A stretch of 64,000 bases of DNA, taken from assembly GCA_963668315.1 (NCBI GenBank), contig OY764216.1:5280001-5344000 (forward strand). Direction: 5' to 3'. Shown piece by piece: positions 47,498-58,529 of this stretch (positions are counted from its first letter, which is position 1; each line of letters starts with the position of its first letter). The translations under genes were made by a program, and so were the position numbers. The notes beneath the pieces were generated by a model, which was given only the letters and a program-made list of their open reading frames with translations, had not been told where the DNA came from and made no database searches. Origin of the DNA: Spirochaetia bacterium (GTDB lineage: Bacteria; Spirochaetota; Spirochaetia; DSM-2461).

Positions 47498-49264
47498 ATG
47501 ATGGAAAATACACTTCCCCTCTGGGAATTGCCTATGTATAACGGTTTCACTGAAGGCCCTTTTCAGAAGGACCGGAAGGAGCTGATAAATATTACCTGCG
47601 AACTGAAAGAAATAACGGAAAAGGACTCCCTCTGGCTGGACTCCCCCCTGTCGGCCCTTGAACAAACGATTCCCCTGATCAACCGGGCCTGGAGCCTTTA
47701 TGAGAATCTTGAATCCTATGCCTACTGCCGCTACTCCGTTCAGACCGATGACAGCGGGATCCTGTCCTGGCTGAATAAGCTGGAAGAGGATGTCATGCCT
47801 CTTAAACAGGCGATGGTGCTTTTCAACAACAGACTGGCCACCTCGGGGACGGGCGGGGAGGAGTGGAGCAGTTCCCCCCTCCTCAAGGATTATCTGTTTT
47901 TTCTGAATGAATCCCTCGAGGACCAGAAGCATCAGATGCCCCCCGAGCAGGAAGACCTGGCCTCCGACCTGTCGCGATCGGGAGGATCGGCCTGGGACCG
48001 GCTCCAGCAGACCCTCTCCTCTTCCCTTAAAACCGAGTGGGAACCGGGGGATTGGAAAACGGTTACCGAGCTGCGCCTGATGGCTTCCGATCCGGACAGA
48101 AGCGTAAGAAAGAAAGCCTGGGAAAAGGAACTGGCCTGCTGGAAATCGGCGGAGATAGCCTTTGCCGCCTCCCTGAACGGGGTAAAGGGATTCGCCCATA
48201 CCTTGAACAGCCGGAGGGGATACGATTCCACCCTTCAGCGGTCGATACGCCAGGCCCGCATGTCCCCGGAAACCCTGGACGCCATGATAGAGGCCATGAA
48301 GGAGAGCCTCCCGGACTTCCGCCGTTATCTGAAAGCCAAGGCGGAGAAAATGGGGCTGACATCCCTCTCCTGGTATGATATTACCGCGCCCCTGGGAAGT
48401 TCGGCGAAGTCCTGGACATGGGGGGAGACGAAGGAGTTCATCGTGGAAAACTTTGCATCCCTCTCCCCCGCTTATGCCGCTTTCGGCCGGAAGGCCTTTG
48501 AAGAGAACTGGATCGATGCAAAACCCCGGGAAGGGAAAGTAGGCGGCGCCTACTGCATCGGCTTTCCCCTGCAGAAAGAGAGCCGGGTCATGACCAATTT
48601 TTCCGGAGCCTTTACCGACGTGTCCACCGTGGCCCATGAGCTGGGACATGCCTGGCACGGAGATGTCCTGAAGGATGCCCCCGCCCTGCACCGGGATTAC
48701 CCCATGACCCTGGCGGAGACGGCTTCCATTTTCTCGGAGATACTGGTTTTCCAGGCCTACTACGGCCGGGCCGAAGAGAAGGAAAAGGAGGCTCTGCTGG
48801 AGTCTTCCCTGGCCGATTCGAATCAGGTGATCACCGATATACTCTCCCGTTTCCTCTTTGAAAAGGAGCTGATGGAGAGACGGGCCGAAGGGGAACTGAG
48901 CCCGGAGGATCTGAAGGATATGATGCTCAGGGCGCAGGAAGCCACCTACGGCGACGGCCTGAACAAGGATGAGAGACACCCCTGGATGTGGGCTGTGAAG
49001 GGTCACTATTACAGCCAGGATCTGGGTTTCTATAATTTCCCCTATGCCTTCGGACTTCTGTTCGGCTGGGGGCTTTACAGCCTGTACGAGGAGAAGGGAG
49101 CCGCTTTCGAGCCCCTTTACCGTCAGGTTCTTGAAATGACCGGCAAGGCAACGGCGGAAGAGTGCGCCGCCCGGGCCGGGATCGATATCCGTGACAAGGC
49201 GTTCTGGCGCCGCAGTCTCGGAATGATTAAACGGCAGATAGATGAGTTCTGCCGCACCGCATAG
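47498..49264 (+). CDS. M3 family oligoendopeptidase (PepF-like)
   Basis: [22 protein letters not shown] and FYNFPYAFG. Confidence 0.93.
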   Translation: MMENTLPLWELPMYNGFTEGPFQKDRKELINITCELKEITEKDSLWLDSPLSALEQTIPLINRAWSLYENLESYAYCRYSVQTDDSGILSWLNKLEEDVMPLKQAMVLFNNRLATSGTGGEEWSSSPLLKDYLFFLNESLEDQKHQMPPEQEDLASDLSRSGGSAWDRLQQTLSSSLKTEWEPGDWKTVTELRLMASDPDRSVRKKAWEKELACWKSAEIAFAASLNGVKGFAHTLNSRRGYDSTLQRSIRQARMSPETLDAMIEAMKESLPDFRRYLKAKAEKMGLTSLSWYDITAPLGSSAKSWTWGETKEFIVENFASLSPAYAAFGRKAFEENWIDAKPREGKVGGAYCIGFPLQKESRVMTNFSGAFTDVSTVAHELGHAWHGDVLKDAPALHRDYPMTLAETASIFSEILVFQAYYGRAEEKEKEALLESSLADSNQVITDILSRFLFEKELMERRAEGELSPEDLKDMMLRAQEATYGDGLNKDERHPWMWAVKGHYYSQDLGFYNFPYAFGLLFGWGLYSLYEEKGAAFEPLYRQVLEMTGKATAEECAARAGIDIRDKAFWRRSLGMIKRQIDEFCRTA

Positions 49265-49272
49265 GAGTATTT

Positions 49273-50676
49273 ATGTCGGAAAATTTATTAAACAAAGTCT
49301 GGAAGAAACATAAAGTCAAAACCCTGCCCACCGGTCAGGATCAGCTTTTCATCGCCCTTCACCTCATCCATGAAGTCACGTCGCCCCAGGCTTTCGGAAT
49401 GATCAAAGAGAAGGGTCTTTCCGTTCTCTATCCGGAACGGACCTTCGGAACGGTGGACCATATTATCCCCACCGACGACAGGAGCCGGCCCTTCAGGGAC
49501 GAACTGGCCGAACAGATGATCCAGGCCATAGAGAGGAATACGAAGGAGAACGGGATTGTCTTCTTCGGCCCGGAAAGCGAAAACCAGGGCATCGTCCACA
49601 TCATGGGACCGGAGATGGGACTGACCCAGCCGGGCATGACCATTGCCTGCGGCGACTCCCACACCTCCACCCACGGAGCCTTCGGGGCGGTGGCCTTCGG
49701 AATCGGCACAAGCCAGATCCGTGATATCCTGGCCACCCAGACCATGGCCCTCTCCAAACCCAAAGTCCGGCGCATCAATGTAACGGGCAGACTGGGAAAG
49801 GGCGTGACCGCCAAGGATGTGATCCTCAGGATTATCGCCGAACTGGGAGTGAACGGCGGCATCGGCTATGCCTACGAATACGGCGGGGACGTCATAGACG
49901 CCATGACCATGGAAGAGCGCATGACTATCTGCAATATGTCGATTGAAGGGGGCGCCCGGGTCGGTTACGTAAATCCCGACGAGACCACCTTCGCCTATCT
50001 GAAGGGACGGCCCTACGCTCCTGCCGACTTTGACCGGGCCGTGGAGGAGTGGAAAGCCTATGCTTCCGGCGAGGATGCGGAGTATGACGACATTTATACC
50101 ATCCGGGGCGAGGATATCGAGCCCATGATAACCTGGGGAATCAATCCGGGGCAGGGAATCGGCATAAGCTCTCCCATTCCCCGGCCGGAGGATCTGCCCG
50201 AGGATCAGCGTAAAACGGCGGAGCAGGCCTTCGAGTTCATGGATTTCCAGCCGGGAGACTCCATGGCGGGGAAGAAAATCGACGTGGCCTTTATCGGCTC
50301 CTGTACGAACGGCAGACTGAGCGACCTGCGCGAAGCGGCCCGGGTGGTGAAGGGCAGAAAAACCGATCCCTCTGTCCGGGCGATCGTGGTACCCGGCTCG
50401 CGCAGCGTCTCCGACGATGCCATGGCCGAAGGACTGGATAAGATTTTTACCGAAGCCGGCTTCGAATGGCGGGAACCGGGCTGTTCCATGTGCCTGGCCA
50501 TGAATCCGGACAAACTCAGGGGACGGGAGCTGAGCGCCTCCTCGTCCAACAGGAATTTCATAGGAAGACAGGGCTGTCCCACCGGCCGGACCCTGCTCAT
50601 GAGCCCCGCCATGGTGGCCGCCGCGGCGATCAGGGGCCACATCTGCGATATCCGCACATTCGACGGAGAGAATTAA
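49273..50676 (+). CDS. leuC: 3-isopropylmalate dehydratase large subunit
   Basis: [32 protein letters not shown] and SNRNF.GRQG. Confidence 0.96.
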   Translation: MSENLLNKVWKKHKVKTLPTGQDQLFIALHLIHEVTSPQAFGMIKEKGLSVLYPERTFGTVDHIIPTDDRSRPFRDELAEQMIQAIERNTKENGIVFFGPESENQGIVHIMGPEMGLTQPGMTIACGDSHTSTHGAFGAVAFGIGTSQIRDILATQTMALSKPKVRRINVTGRLGKGVTAKDVILRIIAELGVNGGIGYAYEYGGDVIDAMTMEERMTICNMSIEGGARVGYVNPDETTFAYLKGRPYAPADFDRAVEEWKAYASGEDAEYDDIYTIRGEDIEPMITWGINPGQGIGISSPIPRPEDLPEDQRKTAEQAFEFMDFQPGDSMAGKKIDVAFIGSCTNGRLSDLREAARVVKGRKTDPSVRAIVVPGSRSVSDDAMAEGLDKIFTEAGFEWREPGCSMCLAMNPDKLRGRELSASSSNRNFIGRQGCPTGRTLLMSPAMVAAAAIRGHICDIRTFDGEN

Positions 50677-50677
50677 T

Positions 50678-51280
50678 ATGAAGGAAATAAAGAAAGTAAC
50701 AGGACAGGCCGTCCCCGTACGGGGCGATGATATCGATACGGACAGGATTATCCCCGCCCGCTTCATGAAATGCCTCACCTTTGACGGTCTGGGAGAGTAC
50801 GCCTTTTACGACGTGCGCTTTACCCCGGAGGGGGATAAGAAGGACCATCCCCTGAACGACAAAGCCTTCGAAGGCCACAATATCCTTATATCAAATAGAA
50901 ATTTCGGCTGCGGTTCCAGCCGGGAACATGCTCCCTGGGCTCTTTACGGCATCGGCATAAGAGCCATCATCGCCGAATCCTATGCAGAGATTTTCGCGGG
51001 GAACTGCAGCAGCCTTGGGGTGGCGGCGGTCATCCTGTCCCACGAAGACTGCGCCTCCCTTCTGGACGCGGTGGAAAGGGAGCCGTCCCTTCCCGTTACG
51101 GTAGACCTGGAGGGAAAAACCGTAAGGGCGGGAGAGAAGCGGTACGATCTGACTATGCCCGAAACCTACCGCAAGGGACTTCTTTCGGGCCAGTGGGATA
51201 CGACCTCCCTGCTCCTTGACTCCCTGGAGGAGATCAGGGAACGGCACGGGGTCCTTCCCCGCTTTTCCCGAACCGTCTAA
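50678..51280 (+). CDS. leuD: 3-isopropylmalate dehydratase small subunit
   Basis: DIDTDRIIPARF and NFGCGSSREHAPWAL. Confidence 0.96.
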   Translation: MKEIKKVTGQAVPVRGDDIDTDRIIPARFMKCLTFDGLGEYAFYDVRFTPEGDKKDHPLNDKAFEGHNILISNRNFGCGSSREHAPWALYGIGIRAIIAESYAEIFAGNCSSLGVAAVILSHEDCASLLDAVEREPSLPVTVDLEGKTVRAGEKRYDLTMPETYRKGLLSGQWDTTSLLLDSLEEIRERHGVLPRFSRTV

Positions 51281-52704
51281 CCCTGCTGTACCGCGGCGGG
51301 GGAGATCTTCATGGTCTCCTCCGTCTTCCTCAGATGCCTGACCTCCTTAAGGAGCCAGGAGAAGGTCACCAGGGCGGAAAGACCGTCGGCCAGGGGGAAA
51401 CAGAGAAGAAGACCGGTCAGTTCCCAGATCCTGGGCATGATAAGGATGAGGGGGATCAGGAACAGAAACTGACGGGACAGATTCAGAATAAGGCTGGGCA
51501 CCGACTTGCCCACGACCAGAAAATAGGTGGAACCTACGATCTGGAATCCCACGAGGGGCATGGCAGCGACAAAGAACCTCAGAACATGGGCGGCCGAATC
51601 AAGCAGCAGCGGGTCGGCGGAGAAAATTCTCGCGAAGAACCGGGGCATGGTGCTGAAAAGGGCAAAGCCCATGGTCGTATAAAAGGTGGCGACCATAATC
51701 GTCAGTCCCAGAACCTTTTTCACCCGGTCGAATTTCCGGGCGCCGTAGTTGAATCCGGCAATGGGCTGGAACCCCTGCACCGTGCCGAACAGGGGCATCA
51801 TGAGGAACATGATGAGGCGGTTCACCACTCCGAAGGCGGAAATATAAATATCCCCGCCGTACAGTCCCAGCATATTGTTGACCAGGATGGAGACGATGGA
51901 CTGGCCGCTCTGTCTGATGAACGTGGGAAATCCCAGAAGGAAAATCTCCCTTACCACGGAAGCTTCCAGCCGTCCGTCACTGAGCTCCACCTTAACATCC
52001 GCCTTTTTCAGGAAGAAAAACCGGGCCGCATAGAGAAAACTCAGAAACTGGCCGATGATCGTCGCCCAGGCGGCACCGGAAACACCCAGCTTGAAGACGA
52101 AGATGAATATGGGGTCCAGAACAATATTGACCACGGCTCCGATAAGCATGACCGTCATGGAAACCTTGGCTTTTCCCTCTGCCCGCAGGAGGTTGTTGGA
52201 TGTCATGGCCAGGGCCAGGAAAGGGGCTCCCAGAACGATGACCGACAGGTAGTCCCGGGAGGACTCCCGTAACGCTTCCGTCGCTCCGAGAAGATCAAGG
52301 AGGGGTTCCATGAAAATCCGTCCCAGAATCAGAACGACGATACCGGCTATGGCGGCCAGGGCGATGGCGTTTCCCGCCGCCTTCCTGGCCCTGCCGTAAT
52401 CTTCGGCTCCCAGATTCCGGGAAACAACCGAGGCGGCCCCCTGACCGATAGTCAGTCCGAAAGCCATGATAATCATCTGAGCGGGCAGGGCCAGAGCCAG
52501 TCCGCCGATAGCCATGGTGCCCACGCCCCTTCCGATGAAGATGGTATCCACCAGGTTGTAAAGGCCGTTTACCAGCATGGCAAAGGTGGCCGGAAGGGAA
52601 AGGGAGAGAAGCAGTTTACCTATGGGTGCCTCTCCCAGATGGCTCTTTCCGGGATTTCCCTTTCCGGCGGCCTGACCGGTTTTCATCTGCGCGTTATCGC
52701 TCAC
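51277..52704 (-). CDS. MATE efflux transporter (MepA-like)
   Basis: LYNLVDTIFIG, NIVLDPIFIF and QPIAGFNYGA; GTG 52704 with GGAGG SD. Confidence 0.9.
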   Translation of the reverse strand: MSDNAQMKTGQAAGKGNPGKSHLGEAPIGKLLLSLSLPATFAMLVNGLYNLVDTIFIGRGVGTMAIGGLALALPAQMIIMAFGLTIGQGAASVVSRNLGAEDYGRARKAAGNAIALAAIAGIVVLILGRIFMEPLLDLLGATEALRESSRDYLSVIVLGAPFLALAMTSNNLLRAEGKAKVSMTVMLIGAVVNIVLDPIFIFVFKLGVSGAAWATIIGQFLSFLYAARFFFLKKADVKVELSDGRLEASVVREIFLLGFPTFIRQSGQSIVSILVNNMLGLYGGDIYISAFGVVNRLIMFLMMPLFGTVQGFQPIAGFNYGARKFDRVKKVLGLTIMVATFYTTMGFALFSTMPRFFARIFSADPLLLDSAAHVLRFFVAAMPLVGFQIVGSTYFLVVGKSVPSLILNLSRQFLFLIPLILIMPRIWELTGLLLCFPLADGLSALVTFSWLLKEVRHLRKTEETMKISPAAVQQG

Positions 52705-53149
52705 TGTTTTTTTCCTCCAAAAGACGGTCCACTTCGACAAGAGTGTCCATAGCCGCCAGAAACCGTTCCCGTCCATGCTCGGAGAGGAGAGCCAGTCTTC
52801 TTTCTATATATTCATCCATCTGCACTTTCAGATCATCCGTTACGGCCTTTCCCCTTTCCGTCAGGGCCAGAAGCGTCCGCCGCCGGTCCTTTTCGTCGGG
52901 AACCCGTATAATCAGATCCTCTTCCATCAGTTTGTCAGCCACGGGTGTAAAGGAACCCGCTTCTATGCCGATCCGTCCGCAGATAGTCTTCATGCAGCCC
53001 TTTTCCTGATGGCTCAGGGCAACAAGCGTCCTGAAGTGGGTCGAATTCAATCCCTCATGGTCCAGACGGGGTTGAAAATCGGTCATGATTTTTTTCATCA
53101 GTCCCTTGCTTGCTTTCAAGCCGGTAACGATTTTTTCCGCCTTAGTCAT
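52694..53149 (-). CDS. MarR family regulator
   Basis: Winged HTH with DEKDRRRTLLALTERG; overlaps the MATE start. Confidence 0.9.
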   Translation of the reverse strand: MTKAEKIVTGLKASKGLMKKIMTDFQPRLDHEGLNSTHFRTLVALSHQEKGCMKTICGRIGIEAGSFTPVADKLMEEDLIIRVPDEKDRRRTLLALTERGKAVTDDLKVQMDEYIERRLALLSEHGRERFLAAMDTLVEVDRLLEEKNSER

Positions 53150-53176
53150 ACTTCACCTTTTTTGTTAGGTTTCAAA

Positions 53177-53214
53177 TTGTTAGATAACTTACTAATTTAA
53201 AGAAGTTGTGTCAA
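53177..53214 (-). promoter_or_regulatory. marR-MATE promoter and probable operator
   Basis: TTGACA-17-TAAGTT on the minus strand; imperfect dyad TTGTTAG-ATAA-CTTACTA over the -10. Confidence 0.55.
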
Positions 53215-53215
53215 G

Positions 53216-53247
53216 AAAAAAAAGCCGTTTCTCTGAAGAAACGGCTT
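53216..53247 (-). terminator. Intrinsic terminator of the second MATE gene
   Basis: AAGCCGTTTCT-CTGA-AGAAACGGCTT with an A run. Confidence 0.85.
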
Positions 53248-53267
53248 GTCATCTCTCATAAACGGAA

Positions 53268-54659
53268 TCAGACTTTCCGGAACTCTCTTTTTCCCGAGAC
53301 AATCTGTCTAAGGATGCGTCTCAGCCAGAGAACGGAAACGGTCATGGAAACCGCTCCCCCCAGGATCAGGCCGAACCATACCCCGTAAATGCCCATATCG
53401 AAATAATGGATGAGGATATAGGCTCCGGGTACGGCGATCAGAATAAGCCTGAGCATAATCACAATCAGAGCGGGGACAGGATAGCCCACGGCCTGGAAAG
53501 CGCTGCGTCCCACTATGGCGACCATGGCCATGAGAAAGGTGTACTCCATGATCCGGGTCTGCAGCACCGCGTAATGGATCACCTGGGGAATATCGCTGAA
53601 AAAACGGAAGATCCAGGGGGCCAGAACGACCATGACCGTGGCCATAAAGGCCACCGATACGGCTCCCGCCGCCATGGCCGTCCGCCAGGCCGTCATCAGC
53701 CGGGGATAATTTCCCCTGCCGCCGTTCTGCCCCATAATGGTTATCAGGGCCGATCCCAGAGCGAAGGAGGGCATCAGCACGGCCTGATCAAAACGCCCGC
53801 ACAGGGAAAAAGCCGTCAGAGCCAGGGGATCGATCTGCACGACCATGCGGTTGAAAAAGAGAAAACTGACCGACATGAGCATCATACCCAGGGCCTGGGG
53901 GGTACCGATACTCAGGATCTTTCCGATAACCTCCATACGGATATTCTTCACATTCCAGTGTATCCGCACGGAAACCTTTCTCTTCACAAAAGGGGTGAAA
54001 GCGTAAAAAAGCGCCACAAACTGGGCCACAGAGGTCGCCGCCGCCGCACCGGCCACTCCCCACCGGAAGACGAAGATGAAAACTGGGTCCAGAACAATAT
54101 TCAGCACCGTCCCGATTATCATCACGTTCATAATGTATTTCATCTGCCCTTCCCCCTGGAGTATACCCAGAAGGATATGGGCGATATAGGCGGCGACGGC
54201 GGCGGGAACGACAAAGCGGATATAGGCCAGAGCGTTATCGGCATAAGCCCCGGTCGCCCCCAGAAGGGCTACGATCTTCTCATCAAACAGATAGGTGATC
54301 CCCACGGTCACCAGGGAAAAGAGAAGGGCCATGGCCATACCCGACTCGGAAACCAGATCGAGAACGGCGTAATTCTTCTCCCCGATCGCCCGGGCCACCA
54401 GGGAGCTGGTTCCCGTCATGAATCCGCCGGCCAGGGCCATGGCCAGAAACATCACGGGGAAAACGATGCCCACCCCGCCTACGATAGAGGGGTCGGACAG
54501 ATTGATCCGGCTGATAAATATCGTATCGGTGATATTATAAAGGAGCTGAACAACCATACCCGCCAGCATGGGAACAGCCAGACGGACCATAACGGGCAGC
54601 ATGGGCCCTTCGAACATACCGGGAATATCCCTGAACGCTTTCTTCTCAATTTCTTCCAT
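53268..54659 (-). CDS. MATE efflux transporter
   Basis: LYNITDTIFI, NIVLDPVFIF and GVAGAAAAT; start moved to MEEIEK. Confidence 0.9.
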   Translation of the reverse strand: MEEIEKKAFRDIPGMFEGPMLPVMVRLAVPMLAGMVVQLLYNITDTIFISRINLSDPSIVGGVGIVFPVMFLAMALAGGFMTGTSSLVARAIGEKNYAVLDLVSESGMAMALLFSLVTVGITYLFDEKIVALLGATGAYADNALAYIRFVVPAAVAAYIAHILLGILQGEGQMKYIMNVMIIGTVLNIVLDPVFIFVFRWGVAGAAAATSVAQFVALFYAFTPFVKRKVSVRIHWNVKNIRMEVIGKILSIGTPQALGMMLMSVSFLFFNRMVVQIDPLALTAFSLCGRFDQAVLMPSFALGSALITIMGQNGGRGNYPRLMTAWRTAMAAGAVSVAFMATVMVVLAPWIFRFFSDIPQVIHYAVLQTRIMEYTFLMAMVAIVGRSAFQAVGYPVPALIVIMLRLILIAVPGAYILIHYFDMGIYGVWFGLILGGAVSMTVSVLWLRRILRQIVSGKREFRKV

Positions 54660-54727
54660 ATTCAAAGATAGTAACACCTTAATATATAATAAACTACGAA
54701 ATTCCCTAGATTTTTTAAAAAAGCCCC

Positions 54728-55630
54728 TCAGGAGGCGAGACTCTTTTCCCAGAATGTGTAGCACGGCAGCGGTCTGAACCCGATCCGGTAATAAAAAACC
54801 TGATCCGACCCGACACAGGCCTGCCGCGCCCCCCGTGCGGCACACCGCCCGATTCCCTCCAGCACGGCGGCCCGTCCGCAGCCCATCCGGCGGTATTCAG
54901 GAGCGGTCGCCACCGGCTCCACGAAACAGCAGGCCGTCCCCTCCTCATACCACATGCCGCAGAAGGACGCGTAGCTGCCGTCCGGGGCGACCACCGCCAT
55001 CTTCAGTGCCCTGTCCGAATGGGGACCGGACAGGGAAATCTCCCGCATCCTTCTCTGTTCCTCCGATTCGGGGGGCTCTCCCCCGTGGCCGAATCCGGTC
55101 CAGAGAACCCGGTTATACTTTTTCCAGTCATACTCTTCGGCAAAGGAGATCACCCGGAACCCCTCGGGAAGGAACCAGGCCAGCCTCTCTTCGGATATAT
55201 CAAAGACCCCGTTCGCCTCCCTGTCCGCCGTGGGGACATAGCCCCTTTTCTGGGCGGTAAGCTGAAAATCCTCATCCCCGTTCAGAACGCATATCCTCAG
55301 CCTGCCCCGGTGGGCAAGAAATTCCTCTCCGTAGGCCAGCATCTCATCCCTCAGAGCCTCGAACCCCGGCCGGACGATAAAATAGGCCGTCCCCGGCGAC
55401 TCCTCATAGGTGGCCAGTCCCACAAGCCTGTCTCCCTCCTCCCAGAGACCGATGGAGGAAACACGGCTCTGATCCATATAGGGAAGGGAAAAACTCCACT
55501 CCCAGCGCTCCCAGGTGAAATCGTAATGGTGCAGTTTTTCCCTGTTGATCTCCATAAGGAAATCCCTGACCCTCATGAAATCGGGGGAAAACATCTTCTC
55601 ATCATTAAAAGGGCGTACCCTGACTGCCAT
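54728..55630 (-). CDS. GNAT family N-acetyltransferase (tandem domain)
   Basis: VEPVATAPEYRRMGCG acetyl-CoA motif and FYYRIGF; AAGGAG SD before MAVRV. Confidence 0.88.
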   Translation of the reverse strand: MAVRVRPFNDEKMFSPDFMRVRDFLMEINREKLHHYDFTWERWEWSFSLPYMDQSRVSSIGLWEEGDRLVGLATYEESPGTAYFIVRPGFEALRDEMLAYGEEFLAHRGRLRICVLNGDEDFQLTAQKRGYVPTADREANGVFDISEERLAWFLPEGFRVISFAEEYDWKKYNRVLWTGFGHGGEPPESEEQRRMREISLSGPHSDRALKMAVVAPDGSYASFCGMWYEEGTACCFVEPVATAPEYRRMGCGRAAVLEGIGRCAARGARQACVGSDQVFYYRIGFRPLPCYTFWEKSLAS

Positions 55631-55700
55631 GGCGAACTCCTTCCCTTCATCATCCCACACGGGAACCCGCAGCGCAAGCGAAAGAACGGTTGAAAATGAT

Positions 55701-55811
55701 CTTTCCGGGCCCCGCCCTTCGGGCATGGGCTGTCCAGGGGTACGGCTCACGCCTCCCGTCCCCGCCCTCCGGCCGGCGACCGCCTCCGGCGCCCTTACCA
55801 TCCCGGGGGCG
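55701..55811 (+). repeat. GC-rich multibranched intergenic element, copy 2
   Basis: Homologous to 27014-27130; ends 7 bp from the lpdA stop codon. Confidence 0.65.
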
Positions 55812-55817
55812 TACGGC

Positions 55818-57215
55818 TCATAGGTCGGTAATCGTCCCCTCCCCCGCCTCGGCAGCCAGCCCGATCGTCTCGGACAGGGTGGGATGGGCGTGAATCATCA
55901 GACCCAGATCGGCCAGGTCCGCTCCCATCTCTATGGCCAGCACCGCCTCGCCGATCAGCTCGCCCGCGTTCGTTCCCACGATCCCCACGCCCAGAACCCG
56001 CTTCGATTCCGGGTCGTAGAGCACCTTCGTCCGTCCCTCGTTTCGCCCCAGGCTCAAAGAGCGTCCGCTGGCCGCCCAGGGGAAAAAGGCCGCTTCATAG
56101 GGAGTACCCTCTCGTGCGGCCTCCTTCTCGGTCAGTCCCGCCCAGGCGATTTCCGGATCGGTATAGGCCACGCTGGGAATGCACAGGGGATCAAAGGCGG
56201 CGGGAAGACCGCCTATCGCCTCGGCGGCGACTTTCCCCTCGTGGACCGCCTTATGGGCCAGCATGGGCTGACCCGTCACGTCCCCGATGGCGTAGATATG
56301 TCCCGCCTTCGTCCTCCGTTTCTCATCCACATCAAGAAAACCCCGCTCCCCCGGTTCCAGCCCCAGATGCTCCAGGCCGATATTATCCGTATTGGGGCGG
56401 CGGCCCACTCCCACGAGGATTTTGTCGTAAACCTGCGGCGGGAGGGCTTTTTTCCCTTCGAAGGTCACCCGGATTCCCTCGTCCAGCGACTCCACGGCGG
56501 TGACCTTCGTATCAACAAGGATATCCTTGAGACGCTTCTTATAGAGGCGTACCAGGGGCTTTACCAGGTCCCCGTCGGCGGGGGGAATGATCTGATCGGT
56601 CAGTTCCACCACGGAAACCTCCGAACCGAAAGCGGAATAGACCGTGGCCATCTCCATCCCGATGATTCCGCCCCCCACGATGAGCAGCTTTCCCGGAATA
56701 TCCTCCAGGGCCAGAGCGTCGGCCGAATCCATGACCCGGGGGTCGTCAAAGGGAAAAAGGGGCAGGCGCACCACCCGCGAACCGGAAGCGATGATCGCCT
56801 TTTCAAAGCGAATCTCCCCTTCCTCTTCTCCCGTCACAGTAAGGCTATGGGGCCCTGAGAAGATTCCCCGGCCCCTCACCACCGTAACGCCCCTTCTCTC
56901 CGCCATCTGGCCGAGCCCCCTGGTCAGTCCGTTCACCACCGACTCCTTGTGAGAGCGTATCCTGTCCGGATCAATTTTCGGAGGTCCGAAATCAATCCCC
57001 AGATCGGCTCCGCGGCTGCCCTCATAAAGGACCTGGGCCACATGAAGGTACGCCTTGGAGGGGATGCACCCTTCGTTCAGGCAGACCCCTCCCAGGGTTT
57101 CTCTTTCATCCACCAGGACCACCTTCTGTCCCAGATCGGCCGCTCGGAAAGCCGCCGTATATCCTCCCGGGCCGCCTCCCAGCACCAGGGTTTCCGTATC
57201 AATCTTCATCATCAT
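55818..57215 (-). CDS. lpdA: Dihydrolipoyl dehydrogenase (E3)
   Basis: GGGPGGY, GGVCLNEGCIPSK, GGGIIG, YAIGD and HAHPTLSE. Confidence 0.96.
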   Translation of the reverse strand: MMMKIDTETLVLGGGPGGYTAAFRAADLGQKVVLVDERETLGGVCLNEGCIPSKAYLHVAQVLYEGSRGADLGIDFGPPKIDPDRIRSHKESVVNGLTRGLGQMAERRGVTVVRGRGIFSGPHSLTVTGEEEGEIRFEKAIIASGSRVVRLPLFPFDDPRVMDSADALALEDIPGKLLIVGGGIIGMEMATVYSAFGSEVSVVELTDQIIPPADGDLVKPLVRLYKKRLKDILVDTKVTAVESLDEGIRVTFEGKKALPPQVYDKILVGVGRRPNTDNIGLEHLGLEPGERGFLDVDEKRRTKAGHIYAIGDVTGQPMLAHKAVHEGKVAAEAIGGLPAAFDPLCIPSVAYTDPEIAWAGLTEKEAAREGTPYEAAFFPWAASGRSLSLGRNEGRTKVLYDPESKRVLGVGIVGTNAGELIGEAVLAIEMGADLADLGLMIHAHPTLSETIGLAAEAGEGTITDL

Positions 57216-57222
57216 CCATCCT

Positions 57223-58521
57223 CTAAAGCAGGGTCTGCCTCAAATCTCCGATAAACTTCGCCAGCCGGGCCGCAAAGGCCGCCGCCAGGGCTCCGTCTAT
57301 CACCCGGTGGTCATAGGAAAGGCTCAGGGGCAGCATCAGCCGGGGCTCGAATTCCGTTCCGTTCCACACCGGTTCCACAGCGGCCCGGGAAAGGCCCAGA
57401 ATGGCCGTTTCCGGCGGGTTGATAATCGGCGTGAAAGCCGTTCCCCCGATACCTCCCAGGTTGGTAACGGTAATGCCCGCTCCCTGCATATCGCCGGGCT
57501 TCAGCTTTCCCTCCCGGCCCCTGGCCGCCCACTGGACGATCTCGTCGGCTATCTCGCCGATTCCCTTCAGATCCGTATCCCGTATGACCGGCACCAGCAG
57601 CCCCCGGGGGGTGTCCACGGCGATTCCCACATTCACATATTCCCGGAAAATAACCCGGTCCCCCTCGGGAGCCAGAACGGCGTTGAACCGGGGAAACTCC
57701 TCCACCGCCGCGGTCAGGGCCTTCACGACAAAGGCGAGGGTGGTATACTTCCGGGCCTTGTCCCCTTTCCTTTTCTCCAGGCCGTTCAGCTCCTTCCTCC
57801 AGGCTTCCAGGCCGGTGATATCAGCCTTCTCATAGTGGGTGACATGGGGAATATTCACCCAGGAGGAGTGCAGATGGGCCGCAGAAACCTTCTGGATACC
57901 GGTTAGATTCTCCTCCCGCACCGGGCCGAACTGCTCCGGGTCGCTATAGGGAAAAGCCGGCAGGCCTGTCCCCGCGCTGACGCTTCCCCGGGATGCCAGG
58001 GTTTTCACATAATTCTGCACATCCTCACGGCGTATACGATTTTTGGGACCCGTACCGGCAAGGAGGGAAAGGTCCACCCCCAGTTCCCTGGCATAGAGCC
58101 TCACCGAAGGGGAAGCATGGGAAAGATGATCCCCTCCGGTCGTTTCCTCCCGATCCTCAGGAACCTTTACCGGCTCTTCCCTTTCCGGAGGAGCCGCGGG
58201 AGAGGGCAGCTCGGGGAATTCGGCGGGGAGACTCTTCTCTTCGCCGGAAGCGCCCTCATCGGCGGACGGACCATCGGCCTCCAGCCGCATAAGGAGAGCG
58301 CCCGACTCAATTTCCTGATCCGCCTCCACCAGGATCTCCGCCACCCTTCCTTCGAAGGGAGCGGGAATATCCATGACCGCCTTCTCACTCTCCAGAGAGA
58401 GTAGCGGGTCTTCCTTCGCGACCCTGTCTCCCACGGAAACGAATATCTCCGCGATCGGCACAGGGTGATCTATCCCTAAATCGGGGGTCAGTACATCCTT
58501 CAATGTTTTATCGGCCATCAT
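57223..58521 (-). CDS. aceF: Dihydrolipoamide acetyltransferase (E2), single lipoyl domain
   Basis: LESEKA lipoyl lysine, HASPSVR E3-binding motif, FTPIIN and YDHRVIDG; start 58518-58533. Confidence 0.92.
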   Translation of the reverse strand: MMADKTLKDVLTPDLGIDHPVPIAEIFVSVGDRVAKEDPLLSLESEKAVMDIPAPFEGRVAEILVEADQEIESGALLMRLEADGPSADEGASGEEKSLPAEFPELPSPAAPPEREEPVKVPEDREETTGGDHLSHASPSVRLYARELGVDLSLLAGTGPKNRIRREDVQNYVKTLASRGSVSAGTGLPAFPYSDPEQFGPVREENLTGIQKVSAAHLHSSWVNIPHVTHYEKADITGLEAWRKELNGLEKRKGDKARKYTTLAFVVKALTAAVEEFPRFNAVLAPEGDRVIFREYVNVGIAVDTPRGLLVPVIRDTDLKGIGEIADEIVQWAARGREGKLKPGDMQGAGITVTNLGGIGGTAFTPIINPPETAILGLSRAAVEPVWNGTEFEPRLMLPLSLSYDHRVIDGALAAAFAARLAKFIGDLRQTLL

Positions 58522-58529
58522 TCCCCTCC

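Noticed and set aside
47417..50778. 529-aa and 496-aa minus-strand ORFs
   Set aside because: Antisense to the M3 peptidase and leuC, with no independent evidence
47498..51280. Leu attenuator or special link for the peptidase-leuCD run
   Set aside because: Only 8 bp separate the genes and no Leu-rich leader was found; probably ordinary operon packing
55631..55801. N-terminal extensions in the ORF track (GNAT; likewise both MATEs, LuxR, BKACE, menA and trxA)
   Set aside because: The extensions overlap neighbouring genes or repeats; downstream starts fit SD position or family length better
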